The notes under the pieces were generated by a model. That model ran no database searches, had not been told where the DNA came from, and was given only the letters and a program-made list of their open reading frames with translations. This document shows positions 26,001 through 39,557 of a stretch of 64,000 nt of DNA, one piece after another. Both the position numbers and the translations under genes were made by a program. The DNA is from Eledone cirrhosa (taxonomy: Eukaryota): contig OZ024740.1 in NCBI GenBank assembly GCA_964016885.1, positions 284,952,001 to 285,016,000 of the forward strand. The letters run 5' to 3'. Each line of letters begins with the position of its first letter. Position 1 is the first letter of the stretch.

Positions 26001-29000
26001 GCTGCCGGACGAAAGGGCAAGGCCCCCTCCTCTTTGTTGCGGCCGCGGATGGCCAACATAACCCCAACCCCATCCACCTCACCCCTCCCTGCGCCCCACC
26101 CACCAAACGCAATCCAAAACTTCAAAGTTGGTACCATGAACATAGGCACCTTAAAAGGCCGCGCTAACGAGGTTGTAGAAATGCTTGAACGTAAGGAGGT
26201 TGATGTTTGCTGTATCCAAGAGACCAGGTGGAGGGGCGGGTCTGCTAGATTCATTGTGGGTAAAAAAACGATGCTATAACCTTTTCTGGGTGGGAAATGA
26301 CAATGGGCTGGGTGGGGTAGGAATCATGTTAGCAGAAAAATGGGTGGATAAGATAATAGACGTAAATAGAGTGAATGACAGAATAATTAAAATAAGACAT
26401 GTTCTAAATAGAACTACTGTGACGGTAATATCTGCGTACGCGCCCCAATCTGGACTGCTTGGCGCTATAAAAGACAGTTTCTATGAGACACTGATGCTCA
26501 CTACCTCCCAAATAACCGACAGTGACTATATAATTATTGCTGGCGACCTAAATGGTCACGTTGAACAACATTGTGACGGCTATGATGGAATACACAGAGG
26601 CTATGGGTTTGGTACTAGAAATGAGGAAGGCTCCGGAATCCTGGAATTCTGTGACGCAAATAACCTAACTAATCTGTAACACAAACTTCAAAAAACGAGA
26701 CAATCACTTGATCACCTACAGATCAGGGGAACATACCTGTTGTAAACACTAAATTTCTCCCCCATGAAGGATGTACCTCCCAACATAGACTCATAATTAG
26801 CGACCTCATAGTCAGGACGAGACGTACACGATAGCAGAAGAGGACTTTCCTCAGGAGAAAAATATGGAAGCTAAAGGACCCCACAGCCAGAAATAAATTT
26901 AAAAGCATATTACTTGATGCTTTCGACAGTAAGGAAGAGCACTTAGAGTCGTACAATATAGAGGAACAGTGGGAATTCCTGAAAGCAAACCTGCTGATGG
27001 CAGCAGACAAAGTCTGTGGCTGGAGCAGGCCTATAGGCAGGAGGAGAGTAACATGGTGGTGGAACAGTAAGGTGGAGGAGTCAATTAAGGCCAAAAAGCA
27101 GGCTTGGAAAGTATGGAAGGATGGGGGAAGTAGAGAAGACTATCAAGTGGCCAGGAGGGAAGCTAGGAGACAAGTGTACTTCGCAAGAAGGGAAGCAGAG
27201 GAAAGAAAGTTCAAGCATGTTCTACAACGCGAGGACCAAAAACGTGAGGTGTTCAGGATTGCTAGGCAATGTGTCAAGGAAAACCGTGATATTGTCGGGG
27301 AGAAGTGTGTACTTAATGATGATGGTGTACTTGCCATCACTGACACTGATAAGAAGGTAGCCTGACGAAAGGCTACTAAATGAGGAGAATAAATGGGAGA
27401 AAGACAGTCTCCCCCACATCGACCCAATAGAGGGACCAGCAGTGTTAGTCGAAGGTAGTATAATAAGTAAGGCAATCAAAGATATGAAGACGGGCAAGGC
27501 GGCTGGGCCTTCGGAAATAGTTGCTGAAATTCTGAAAGCCTCTGGAACGGTGGGACACACCATGGTCAGCCGGATAGTAAATCAAGTCATACAGAATGGG
27601 GTTGTTCCGAAGGACTGGCGTAGCAGCATCATCATTAACTGCTACAAGGGTAAAGGAGATGCCCTAGATAGGAGTAACTATAGAGGCATTAAATTAATCA
27701 ACCAGGTCATGAAGGTCACAGAAAAAGTAATAGCGCAACTAATCAGAGAGAGAATTGATCTAGATGAAATGCAGTTCGGGTTTGTGTCAGGCAAAAGTAC
27801 CACAGACGCTCTTTTCATTGTACGACAACTACAGGAGAAGTACCTAGCTAAAAGTAAACCCCTTAGCTTTTGTTGACTTGGAGAAAGCCTTCGACAGAGT
27901 CCCCCGTTCCATTATCTGGTGGGCTCTTAGAAAACTAGGTGTTGATGAATGGCTTGTGAGAGCTATACAAGCCATGTATAAAGAAACAGTCAGCAAGGTT
28001 AGAATTAACGAATATAGTGAAGAGTTTAGCGTATAAGTTGGTGCTCATCAGGGCTCTGTTCTTAGCCCCCTACTATTTATTATTGCCCTTCAGGCTATAA
28101 CAGAGGAGTTCAAGACCGGCTGCCCATGGGAACTCCTATATGCAGATGATCTAACGCTCATAGCTGAATCAATGGCTGAACTAGAGAAGAAATTCCAAAC
28201 ATGGAAGCATGACCTAGAATCAAAAGGCCTTAAAATTAACCTGTCTAAGACTAAAGTTCTAGTTTGTAGGAAGGAAAATAGGGTGCCGGTCCCATCCGGG
28301 AAATGACCATGCTCAGTGTGTAGGAAAGGAGTGGGTAGAAACTCCATTTTATGTCCCAAATGCAAAGTATGGGTGCATAAAAGATGTAGTGGGATCACAG
28401 GTAAGCTAACTAAGAACATAGATTTTATATGTGGCCGGTGCTCTGGTGCAATAAGTAGCAGCAAGTCCCCACAGAATACTAGCTCTTTCAATTGCGCAGA
28501 GGGTTCTATAGAAATAGTGGACAGCTTCCGTTACCTGGGTGACAAAATCAGCAGTGGGGCAGGGTGCTCTGAAAGTACAGTAGCTTGGGGCAGGGTGCTC
28601 TGAAAGTACAGTAGCTAGAGTCAGAACTGGATGGAAAAAGTTCAGAGAGCTTATACCACTATTAGCCGCTAAAGGGTTCTCCCTAAAAATGAAAGGCAGG
28701 CTGTATGATGCCTGCATACGAACAGCAATGTTGCATGGCAGTGAGACCTGGACATTGTGTGCAGAGGATATACGCAGACTAGAGAGGAATGAAGCTTGCA
28801 TGCTCCGCTGGATGTGTAATAGTAATATACGTTAACGGCAAAGCATAAACGAACTAAGGAAAAAATTAGAAATAAGAGGGATCAGATGTTGTTTACTCGA
28901 GAGAAGGCTACGTTGGTATGGTCATGTGATGCGCATGAAAGACGACAGCTGTATAACAAAGTGCAGGGCAATAAAAATAGACGGTAGCCACGGAGTAGGT

Positions 29001-29498
29001 AGACCCAGAAAAACCTGGGACGACTTGATAAATTCCGACCTCACACACTTACACCTCTCCAAGACAATGTCACTGGACCGAGACCTTTGGCGCTACACAG
29101 TAATAGAGAAGAGCCGCCTTACCTAAATACAAAGTAAAACCTACTACAGTCAGTAGGCATCTCTAACAAAATACACCCCCATCCCACTACCCCTGCCCCC
29201 ATCCATACCACCCCTTTCAATGTAAATTTATGTTGGTACCACAACATCCAGGCCGAAACAAATGAGGTCGTGTAGGTGTCACGACAAAAAAACACAGTCT
29301 ATGCTGTAATGTGGCCGTGTAGGTAACACGGTAAAAACCTCCCAGTTCCACACTGTAAATGTGGTTGGTGTTAGGAAGGGCATCCAGCCGTAGAAAACCC
29401 GCCAGACAGTCCTATGCGAGCAAGACAACCACTCTTGCCTCAAGTGGGAAAACTCCTGTCCAAACCCATGCACGCGTGGAATATGGCCGTTAAATGAT
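26001..29498 (+). mobile_element. full-length RTE-clade LINE (single ORF: APE endonuclease - RT - PHD-like finger), inactivated
   Basis: ATG at 26049. Endonuclease motifs VGTMNIGTL, CIQETRW, SAYAPQ, AGDLNGHV. RT motifs NYRGIKL, QFGF, DLEKAFDRVP, QGSVLSP, YADD. Stop at 29126, then 3' UTR and ATG tail. Broken by frameshifts, stops, deletions and a 31-bp duplication (28555-28616). Flanked by (TA)n. Confidence 0.95.
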
Positions 29499-29505
29499 GA
29501 GAGAT

Positions 29506-29571
<66 letters not shown>

Positions 29572-30497
29572 CGCACACATATATATATATATACCATTCT
29601 CACATCCATTCTGCTTGATTAAATTATGATATGATAAAGATTTTTACAATTCATAGTTTTGGTGTGGTTTTACTGTCTGGATGCCCTTCCTATCATCAAC
29701 CACTTTAGAGCATAGGCTAGGTCCATTTTATCATGCCACCAACACTGGAGAGGTTGCCTGTCAGGACTAAAATTTCCTACTCTATACTGTGTCAATTTTA
29801 TTCAGAGTTACTGCTCTTCTAAATGAGTTGCAGCTTCAGGAGCCAATATCTCCCCCTCTCTTTGTGTATATATATATATATATATATATCATCATCATCA
29901 TCAACACAGTTTAACATCCATTTTCCCTGCTAGCATGGGTTAGACGGGTTGTCCGATTTGAGGCCAGTCGAGGTTAGATGACCATGTCTTGCTTATACAG
30001 AATTGATTTTGGCTTGGTATCTACAGATGGATGCCCTTCCTAATTCCAACCACATTTAAAGTGATCACTGGGTGTTTTTTTGACATGACACCTACACGAC
30101 CATTTTACAATGTGGGCTGGGTGCTTTTTGTTGTGACACCTACATGACCACTTCACAGTGTGGGTTGGGTGCTTTTTGACATGACACCTACACGACCACT
30201 TTACAGTGTGACTGGGTGCTTTTTGTTGTGTCAGTAACCAATAACAAATAAAGTTGAAGTGAAAGTTAAATAGTGTGTGTATTTTTATTGACCAAATTGC
30301 ATCATGATCATCCCCAAATATAACACCATCTATCTATCTATATATATATGACCAAAGATTAATATGGTTCATTGATTACTCAATGAATACCATGTTACAA
30401 TAGATTAAAAGCACTCAACAAAAAAAGTTTTCCTGGAGTTTTTAATATTATTCAAAATATTAACAAATGAAGGATATTCACATAATCAAAATATTTG

Positions 30498-30514
30498 CTT
30501 TATTATATATATTT
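30498..30514 (-). ncRNA. 3' half of a hammerhead interrupted by a LINE insertion
   Basis: Minus strand AAA-tatata-TA-ataaag. It completes the core whose 5' half lies at 31223-31270. Confidence 0.7.
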
Positions 30515-31193
30515 GTGTAATAGTAATATACGTGAACGGCAAAGCATAAACGAACTAAGGAAAAAATTAGAAATAAGAGGGATCAGATGTTGTTTACTCG
30601 AGAGAAGGCTACGTTGGTATGGTCACGTGATGCGCATGAAAGACGACAGCTGTATAACAAAGTGCAGGGCAATAAAGATAGACGGTGGCCACGGAGTAGG
30701 CAGACCCAGAAAAACCTGGGACGACTTGATAAATTCCAACCTCACACACTTACACCTCTCCAAGACAATGTCACTGGACCGAGACTTTTGGCGGTACTCA
30801 GTAATAGAGAAGACCCGCCTTACCTAAATACAAAGTAAAACCTACTACAGTCAGTAGGCATCTCTAACAAAATACACCCCCGTCCCACCACCCCCACCCC
30901 ATCCACACCGCCCCTTTCAATGTAAAGTTATGTTGGTGCCACAACATCCAAGCCGAAACAAATGAGATCGTGTGTCACGACAAAAAACACACAGTCCACG
31001 CTGTAATGTGGCCGTGTAGGCAACACGGTAAAAACCTCCCAGCCCCACACTGTAAATGTGGTTGGTGTTAGGAAGGGCATCCAGCTGTAGAAAACCCGCC
31101 AGACAGTCCTATGCGAGCAATGACAACCACTCTTGCCTCAAGTGGGAAAACTCCCGTCCAAACCCATGCAAGCGTGGAACATGGGCGTTAAAC

Positions 31194-31222
<29 letters not shown>
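30515..31222 (+). mobile_element. 5'-truncated young RTE LINE copy
   Basis: Near-identical to 28814-29498. (GAT)n tail. Short attt duplication at the two junctions. Confidence 0.95.
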
Positions 31223-31225
<3 letters not shown>

Positions 31226-31270
31226 CAGAGGTACTGCGTTGTTTTTTCAGTACGTCTTCGTCAGATAAAA
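31223..31270 (-). ncRNA. 5' half of interrupted type I hammerhead
   Basis: Minus strand ttttat-CTGACGA-aga-c-gtactg-loop-cagtac-c-tct-GAAA, running directly into the LINE tail. Confidence 0.75.
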
Positions 31271-32354
31271 TATATGATTTGATATAAGACATTGATTATA
31301 CAATTCCAGTATTGGCAGTCAATATATATATATAATACAGAAGACCCGACTTCCCACGGGAACAAGCCGAAGCTGAAGCATATAGACAATATGCCCCCCA
31401 TCCTCTCCCACTGCAAAGTGGTCGGTCGTGGAGGTGTCACGACAAAAAAGTACCCAGCCCACACTGTAAAGTGTGGTTGGTGTTAGGAAGGCCATCCAGC
31501 TGTAGAAATCAAGCCAAAATCAGTTCCCGTATGAGCAAGACAAGGTCACCTGACCTGGCATTGCCCACAACAGGACAACCCATCTAACCCATGCTAGCGT
31601 GGAAGAATGGATGTAAAATAGTGATGATGATGATGATGATGATAATAGTAATAAATAAAAAATATATACGTTATATCATCTCTATTTATTTCATTATATA
31701 TATTTCAAAGATATAAAGTTTTATGTATAACAAAGCAAAACATCTCTTCCTCAGACAAAATACATAAAAAATGCATAATATTTTCATGATATGCTGGTAG
31801 ACAAACAAGCTGGACAGATCGGTGACCACCAAATCAACTAACTCTTCTTTCATTGATTAATATATATATATGTATGTATGCATGCACACATATATATATA
31901 TACGAGAGATTCACTGACATAGATAGCTTATATTTTGAAGTTGAAAGAATGCAGAGATAGCTAAGCAATCCAGAAGATATGTTGAAAATGCACACAGTTA
32001 CTGTAGGGTCAGGCACAAAAAAAAATGAAGGAAAATCAAAACAAACATCCGTTTTACAATATTAAAAATACATAAACGAAATTTTTTTTTTCTTCGCTTA
32101 TGCAAGTCAATAAACTCATGAAACATAAAACTGTGTCCTATTCATTTTATTTTCTTCTTTATTTATGTCAGTCTGCACATGTTTTTTCTGTAATGTATTT
32201 TGGAAAATTATGAAAGCTCTTCATAATTATCAGCATCATTTTTCATCCACTTTCCCTGTTCACATGAGTTGCACAGATTGACACAATCTGAGACATGATG
32301 GGTCAGATAACCATGCTTTACTCATGTTCCATATTTACAGATGGCACTATATTT

Positions 32355-33110
32355 TTAAGAATCATCATCATCATCATTTTTACGCCCGTTTTTCCACACT
32401 TACATGGGTTGGACTGGTCCTTCTCAGCATGGCATCTCTCCACATGTCGCAATCCTTTGTCATCGCGTCTGTGAGTCTCAGTGATTTGAGATCAGCTCTC
32501 ACAGCCTCTGCCCAGGCCTTTATTGGGCTATCTCTACTACGACTTCCTTCCACTGGCATTTCCAGGCACTTCTTCACCCAACAATCATTCTCCATGTGCA
32601 TCACATGTTCAAACCAATGCAGTCTCCTCTCCTGCACACTGCCTCGAATTCCTCTTAAACTCTGCTTCTTCTTCAACTCATCCAAGCTCTACCTCTCTCT
32701 CAGATTACACATCCAACGGAGCATGGTTGCTTCATTTCTCTCCAGTCACAGCTCATGTTTCACTACCATGCAGCATCACACATTGCACACAGGCGTCATA
32801 CAGTCATCCTTTTCTATGTAGAGAGAAACCTTTTGTGGTCAACAGTAGGAGTAGCTCGCTAAACTTTTTCCAACCTATCCTTCTAGCTATTATGCTCTCA
32901 GATCACCCTCCTCCATTGTTAATTACATTGCCTAGATAGCAGAAGCTATGAACCACTTTTATGGTCCTTCCTGACTGGAATAGGCTTACATTACTGGTTA
33001 TCTTCTCCTTGATCACCCTGTGCATCCTCTACAAATGAAGCCTTCCCTTCCTGTTAGCTTACTTGTTATCCCACTACATCTCTTGTATATTCAAGATTTA
33101 CATTGTGTAA
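32355..33110 (-). mobile_element. degraded RTE LINE 3' part
   Basis: ORF 32380-32685 LRGIRGSVQERRLHWFEHVMHMENDCWVKKC..., PHD remnant near 33020-33110, and an (ATG)n tail at ~32362. Confidence 0.85.
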
Positions 33111-33688
33111 ATCTTGGGTACAGAATATTAATAATAATAAAATACTTAGAAACAAACTAAATTCTAATCTTATGGCAAATTTGTTGAAGACCTAAATAAT
33201 GGCTACCAGCAAAGGGACACACATTACAGTGATGTAACTCACACCAGATGAATGTCTTACATTATATAACGTTTGTGTTACCTTTAAGAAACATTTGTTT
33301 ATTACCTACTAGTGAATGAAAAATGCTCCTATAATGATTAAGAAATGTTGATAACTTCATTCCATCAGTCAGCCACATTCCAAATGATTGACAGCAAAAC
33401 AATAGCAATGGCACTACACCTTGGTAGGAGATAGCATCAACACAAAAACTGCAGCAAAGATTATGGGTTTTACAACCGTTCAGTAATTTCTCTTGACCAA
33501 AATATAAACAAACCACACATTTACACAGTAATTCTGATTACTGGTAGAATTGGGTTATGGTATCCCACTTAATTCTTTTAATTTATAGTAAATTTCCAAC
33601 ACGGTTTAAACCCATGTCCCAGTAACAACAAAAGCAAGGTTATTAAATCTATGCTCGATGTTGTAGACTATTTGAAAGGTACAATAAT

Positions 33689-33895
33689 TGTTTCTACGTT
33701 AGGCACAAGGCCAGCAATTACCCAGTGCATTACTGGTACTTTATTTTATCGACCCCGTAAGGATGAAAGGCAAAGTTAACCTTGGTGGGATTTGAACTCA
33801 GAATGGCAAAGGCCGTAACTCTATACATCAAAGCATGGCGTCCGACCCTCTACCAATACTGCCAATCCACCAATGGTGGATTGGCAGTATTGGTA
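33689..33895 (-). mobile_element. family-A SINE with 5' fold-back and 15-bp target-site duplication
   Basis: TSD gaaaggtacaataat at 33674-33688 and 33896-33910. Perfect palindrome with 24-bp arms at 33849-33897. Confidence 0.85.
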
Positions 33896-34139
33896 GAAAG
33901 GTACAATAATAAGGTAATTGCAGGGTATTTCATCCAGCACCAACTGATAAAATGGTAAGGACTTTGAGGAAACAAGAAAATCATCTGACAGCTGCTAGAG
34001 GTAGCAAACAGTTTCCATTAAGGAATTATCAAGTGGTCAGAATTTGAGGAAGAAGCAAACACCTGAGTGATAAACCAAAGAAATTTGAGCATTATAGTAT
34101 GCATCAGAATGATTATTTAACATTTAAGCCTAACAATAA

Positions 34140-35245
34140 CAAACTGAGATACGAGTGATTTTAGAGGATCAATGAACTTCAGGAAACCAGCCAGCTGCCT
34201 AATCACCTATCAACCAGGTAGTCACATCAGCCAAATAGACTTTATTCCAGGAAATGAAATAGACGAATGGTCATAAATGCCAAGTTTTTCTCTGACGAAG
34301 AATGTACCTCCTAACATATATCAGATATCAGTAACCTTAGAGGAAGGTCTATGTGAACTCAGAAACAGAAGCCTATCTAGAAAAGGAAGACATGGAAGCT
34401 GAAAGAATGCTCAACTGAAGACAAATTCAGAGAAATCCTACTTGTCAATTATGAAAGAAAGAGTAGCTGGAGACTTATAGCATAGAGTAAAATTGGGATT
34501 TTCTGCAAGACAATCTGCCGAGGACCATGGACAGGTCTGCAGGTGGAGCAAAGTACCAGCAAGATGGAAAGTAATATGGTGGTGAAATAATAGGGTAGAT
34601 AGAACCATAAAACCAAAGAGCCTAGAAAAAAAGGAGGAAATAGAGGGTAATACCAAATAGCTAGAAGACAGGCTAGGTATGAGGTATATTTAGTAAGGGG
34701 AGAAGCAGGTATGCTCATGTTCTATGATGTAAGGATCAGAAGCATGAAGTGATTCAGATTGTGAGCCAGTATATTAGAAAAAAAAAATCAAGATATTGTT
34801 TGGGAAAAGTATGTTCGAAATGGTAACGAAGCACCTGTTTTGACAGATTCCCCCTACCCCCACTCCCACCCCAAAAATAAATAAACATGAATGTCAGTTT
34901 AGGAGAGACTGTTGAATAGCAAAGTGAGGGCTTGCTCCTAACAGACCAAAGTGAAGGCCTGCTCCTATCAGACCAAAGTGAGGGATCAACCATAAAAATA
35001 GATAGCAGTATGATAAACAACACAATTAAGGATATGAAGGTAAAGAAGGGAACTGGACCACTGGTATTGTTGATGAGATGCTAAAAACATCTGGCATGGT
35101 AGGTTATGATGAGCTAGTCCGACTTGTAATCAATCAAGTAATGCAGGATGGTGTCATACTCCAACAACTACCACAGCGGTATCATCATAAACTCCTACAA
35201 AGTCAATGGAAACACACTAGAAAGAGGTAACTATAGAAGCATCTG
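34140..35245 (+). mobile_element. degraded RTE LINE (endonuclease end to RT start)
   Basis: Colinear with 26650-27690 (aatcacctat...atggaagctgaaag...aaggatatgaag...ggtaactatagaagcat). Contains an internal 27-bp tandem repeat at ~34920-34985. Confidence 0.75.
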
Positions 35246-35560
35246 GAGAAGGAATACTATTACACAAATATGTGAGTGTGTGCAAGTTCATGGAATGCTC
35301 TAAGAGAAAAAGTAATTGTGAAATCATATTTTAAAATCTGGCATAAGTAATGGCCCTTGATGATACTGAGGGCAATTTATAGTTTGAAAACAATATTGAT
35401 GACCCAGATCCTATTGCAGAGAATTCCAGTGATGAAGAGAGCAATATGGCTGCCAGCAGTGAGACTGAGCTTTCAGGCTTTGCAGATAATAGTTTGCCTA
35501 GTTCTGAAGATGATGATTTCCTAAATTTTGTAGCTGAGGTTAAAATAAATCTTCATAATT
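35245..35560 (+). pseudogene. pogo-type DDE transposase C-terminal remnant
   Basis: Frameshifted EKVIVKS..KSGISN.LDDTEG motif followed by an acidic tail, as in pogo transposases (IVKSFKKCGISNALDGTEDD). Confidence 0.55.
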
Positions 35561-36254
35561 TAGTTTAATATTCTGCTGCTTCCTATGTAACCTATGCTAT
35601 TCACTGGAATACCAATCTCTATTAAAATGTATTCAATTTGTACTCTTATTGCTTGCTGTGTATTAATATTAATGAAATATTTGTTCTGTCTGCATGTACT
35701 GTATCTATAGTAATTCATTCATATATATTGTATTTTGCTGCTTGCTTTGTACTATTTTATTAACATTTTCAACAATTATATATTTCATTCTTTGTTTTGT
35801 CTGCATATGTCAGCATTTACTCATACCAATGTTCAGTATTTCTTTTCAGGTTTATTATAATTTTTAATTATTTTCCTTCCAAAGTTATACATGATTTCAT
35901 CATTCATTCTAATATCTCTTTTACCCTTTTACCTGTTCCAGCCATCCGGCTGATGCTATGCTGGGGCACCGCCCTTGATATATATTGTATTTACATGCAC
36001 AAAATCCCATTTTTCTCTCAAAAACCCTTTAAAATTACTTTCAGTGAATGTATAATGAAACATACTTAAATGTTTTGTTTTTTTGTTCCATAACACACCC
36101 TTGTAAAATAGCAGTGAATCTTAAGCAGTTGTTTTTATATGCCACCAAATATGATATTTATTTATACCACTGACATATTTATAATAATGCATGCATTAAC
36201 TTAGTCACATTAGAATTTACTACAGAGGTTTAGGAAATGAGACACACAGTAAAG

Positions 36255-37141
36255 GAATCATATATACTCAAATATAAACTGAAGAATATTTGACCAAAAA
36301 ATTGATGGTAAAATTAGGGTGGGTGGGTGCCAACTTATGTATGGGGGTCAATATTTTGATGATTTTCACCAACTTCAAATTCTACGTAAATAAGGTGATA
36401 AAATATCTAGAGTATATTTTACAATGAAACACTCTTTTTCTACATTTATTACATTGTCATTAGTGTTATTTATGCATTCCCTTGAAAATATTTCCAACAA
36501 ATTTTTGTAATTGAACTTTGTAATACATAACTATCCCATACATATAGACACACACACACACACATGCATGCATGCATGCACATATGCATGTGCGCACACA
36601 CACATACACACTCACACACAAATACATAAACACCGACTGTTTTTCTCTGACATATTTTTCTTTCAATCTTACTTTTACTTGCATTTTATTGCTCTCTCAC
36701 TCTATCCTTCTCTCATTCTTACCCTCTCCTTTTCTTGCTCTGCCTCCCCCTCTCTCTCTCTCTTCTACTTTATAAATCCCTATACAAAGTTCTCTTATTC
36801 GATCTCTTGCTTTTAACTACCCCCAGTATGTGAGTAACCGGAAGTAAACAAAAATTTGAGAAACTTGTTGAAATTATAAGACAGATGAAATGGTAAAAAA
36901 ATCATTACTTAATGGAGTTGTGAAACAAAAACTATACTTTAAACGACACTTAAAACATTTTAAACATCAAAATATCAAACTTCATAAATATATTCTATAC
37001 TCATGAGAATTTCAAAACCACGTCATCAAAACAATGTTTTGATTAGCTGCTCAGCTTATAAATGAGGTTTGGAATTTTGCCCATTTCGCAGACATAAAGG
37101 AGGGGGGGGGGGGTCTGGCTTATATTCGAGTATATACAGTA
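36255..37141. mobile_element. pogo/Tigger-like non-autonomous element with internal (CA)n
   Basis: Right TIR ggcttatattcgagtatatacag|TA. The left part matches the reverse complement of 12820-12887. Confidence 0.55.
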
Positions 37142-39494
37142 AGTGGAAGAAATAAAGGTGAATTATGTTGACTTGAACAGGAATATTACACAGGCTGATA
37201 GTTTAGAAGAGTAGAAACCATTGTAGCAGTGATCGAAGAGTGCCACTGTTTAGCCCTGTGGTCAAAGGAATTTTAAGCATCACCGGCCATCATTTTACAA
37301 GTATCTAGGACTAATTATTCAAGATGGTAGGATGTGATTTGAGGGAGATTTGGCTGCTATTTCTAGCAGGTCGAATTACCTGTTTAGAGACTCCGTCATT
37401 GGTTCAAAGAAGGTGGTGTAGTGTATGTTGGTGGGCTAGTGATTGAAGGTATCGGTCTAATGGTATTTTTCTAGATGCAGTCTAATCACAGATGTGTGCA
37501 GTACATAAATATGGGCATACTTGATTCTTGTAGAATGTCAGCAACTATTCAGAGTTAAAGTAGTTTCTGGCCTTTTGGAAGCAGAAAAAACACTGCATTT
37601 ACCATTCAATAACTAGAATTGAGTAAAATAAGCAGACTACCAAAAAGAGTTTTCCTGATTCAAAAACATATTCACAGCCAATCGAAAAAAATATCAAATA
37701 ATTGGATACTATTATTAACCATTTTGATACCAAAACGCCTGAAACTAACTCTGGTTATATGATCAAAAATTGTTTATCTTAAAGTGTTTATATTTATCTC
37801 AAAAACTTCCGTTAGAATTTTTTGTAAGGATTTCTGTTAAGTTATGTTTCAAACAATAGATAAATAATGAAAATGTTAGTTACATTACTAAATCCCTATA
37901 AATTCTAGATTATTTTCAAAATGATTTGAAAATTAAAGGTAGTGTTGTCTCATTAAAAATATGCTATATGAATAGACAAGTGGTAAACAAAAGATTTCTT
38001 ACCCACTTTAAATTGAATACTGTATTTTGTGTCCTAAATCATAAGATATGTTCACATTTTAGAAGACATTAGACCACCCGTGACCCATTGGGTCACATCC
38101 AATAGCAATTTTTAGACAACTTAATCAATGAAACAATTAATACTGTAAATAAAATCCTTTTTGTACTGTTGACCATGTTATTCTTCACTATTTCACTATT
38201 ATTACTCCAAGATTAAGCTGCATAGGAATTCGCGAGAACTCGCAAACTCGCTACCTAAGGAAACCTCTTGTTGAGTCAAACAACGCCGTACGCGAAAACT
38301 ATCCACAATACAAAGTATTTACAACCTCTAACTGGATTACCTATAAGTGTGTGCGTATTTATATATGTGTGTATATATATATATATATGGGATATATATA
38401 TTTATATATATACACACATATATAAATACACACATATATATATACACACACACATATAAATACACACACACTTAGAAACCCTTCCCTGTCCTAACACAAG
38501 TTATATGATACATATAACTTAATATTCAACCACCAAATTCAACCTAGATACAGTAATGCTGTATTTGATTCTTTGAAGTCACTTGCTTTAATTTCATTCA
38601 ATACCACCAGCTCTCTCTCTTCCATTTTCCTTCTCTGTGTCCTATGTCTACTCTCTCAGAACCACTATCTCTTTCTCTCTCTCTATTTATGAAGGTTCCC
38701 AGAAAAACCCTGTATCTCAGGAACCTGTGCTCCGATTTATGTGAAACTTGTTTTATTCCATTTGTATTCCCATTTCAGGGGCAACTTCCTTTCAAAGTAT
38801 TTTCCCATCATGCACCATTTTGGCTGTATTAAATTACAGACAAGCACACAATGACAGAGTTTTAGTAGTATATAGATAGATGGGCAACTACAGCAGTGCC
38901 TGCTCCTCAAAGCTGCCAAGTTGCATACCACCTGATTCTCCTTCTCTTATCACAAATACTGTCCCCTTTTCTTCAGTTTTTCCATGCTGAAACTTTTTAA
39001 GGCAGTGTTCTATGTTTAGATGTCCTTCTTGATGCCAACCCATACTTTATTTTTAAGTATGGTATGCATTTTCCATTGATCTTCATCAAATAGTTAAGAA
39101 GCAGGACGTTTTGTTTTATACAGGACATAAAAGATGCATGCGGAAGGTTGTCATGTTTTTTTAACATGCTTTCTAACTACCTTACAGGGTGTACAGGGTG
39201 CATTTTTCATGTAACCAGCACTAGTGAGGTTGTCGGTCATTGACTCAACTGAAGAGCCCTCTTTATCCTATGGGGGAATAGGACAAGAAGATAATTATGG
39301 TGTCATGAACATATGGCAGGTAGGAGAGGTGAGAAAGTATGTCACAAGTGCATGCTCAGTGGAAGGATTTGACAAGGTGATGTCTGGGAGGGGATAGAGT
39401 GGGATGGGGTGTACAGTAATGGTGAGAATAGCTACTAAAGAGTGATATTGGAGGAGGGCATGAACGAGTCAGGTCACATCTTTAATACTGGCAG

Positions 39495-39557
<63 letters not shown>

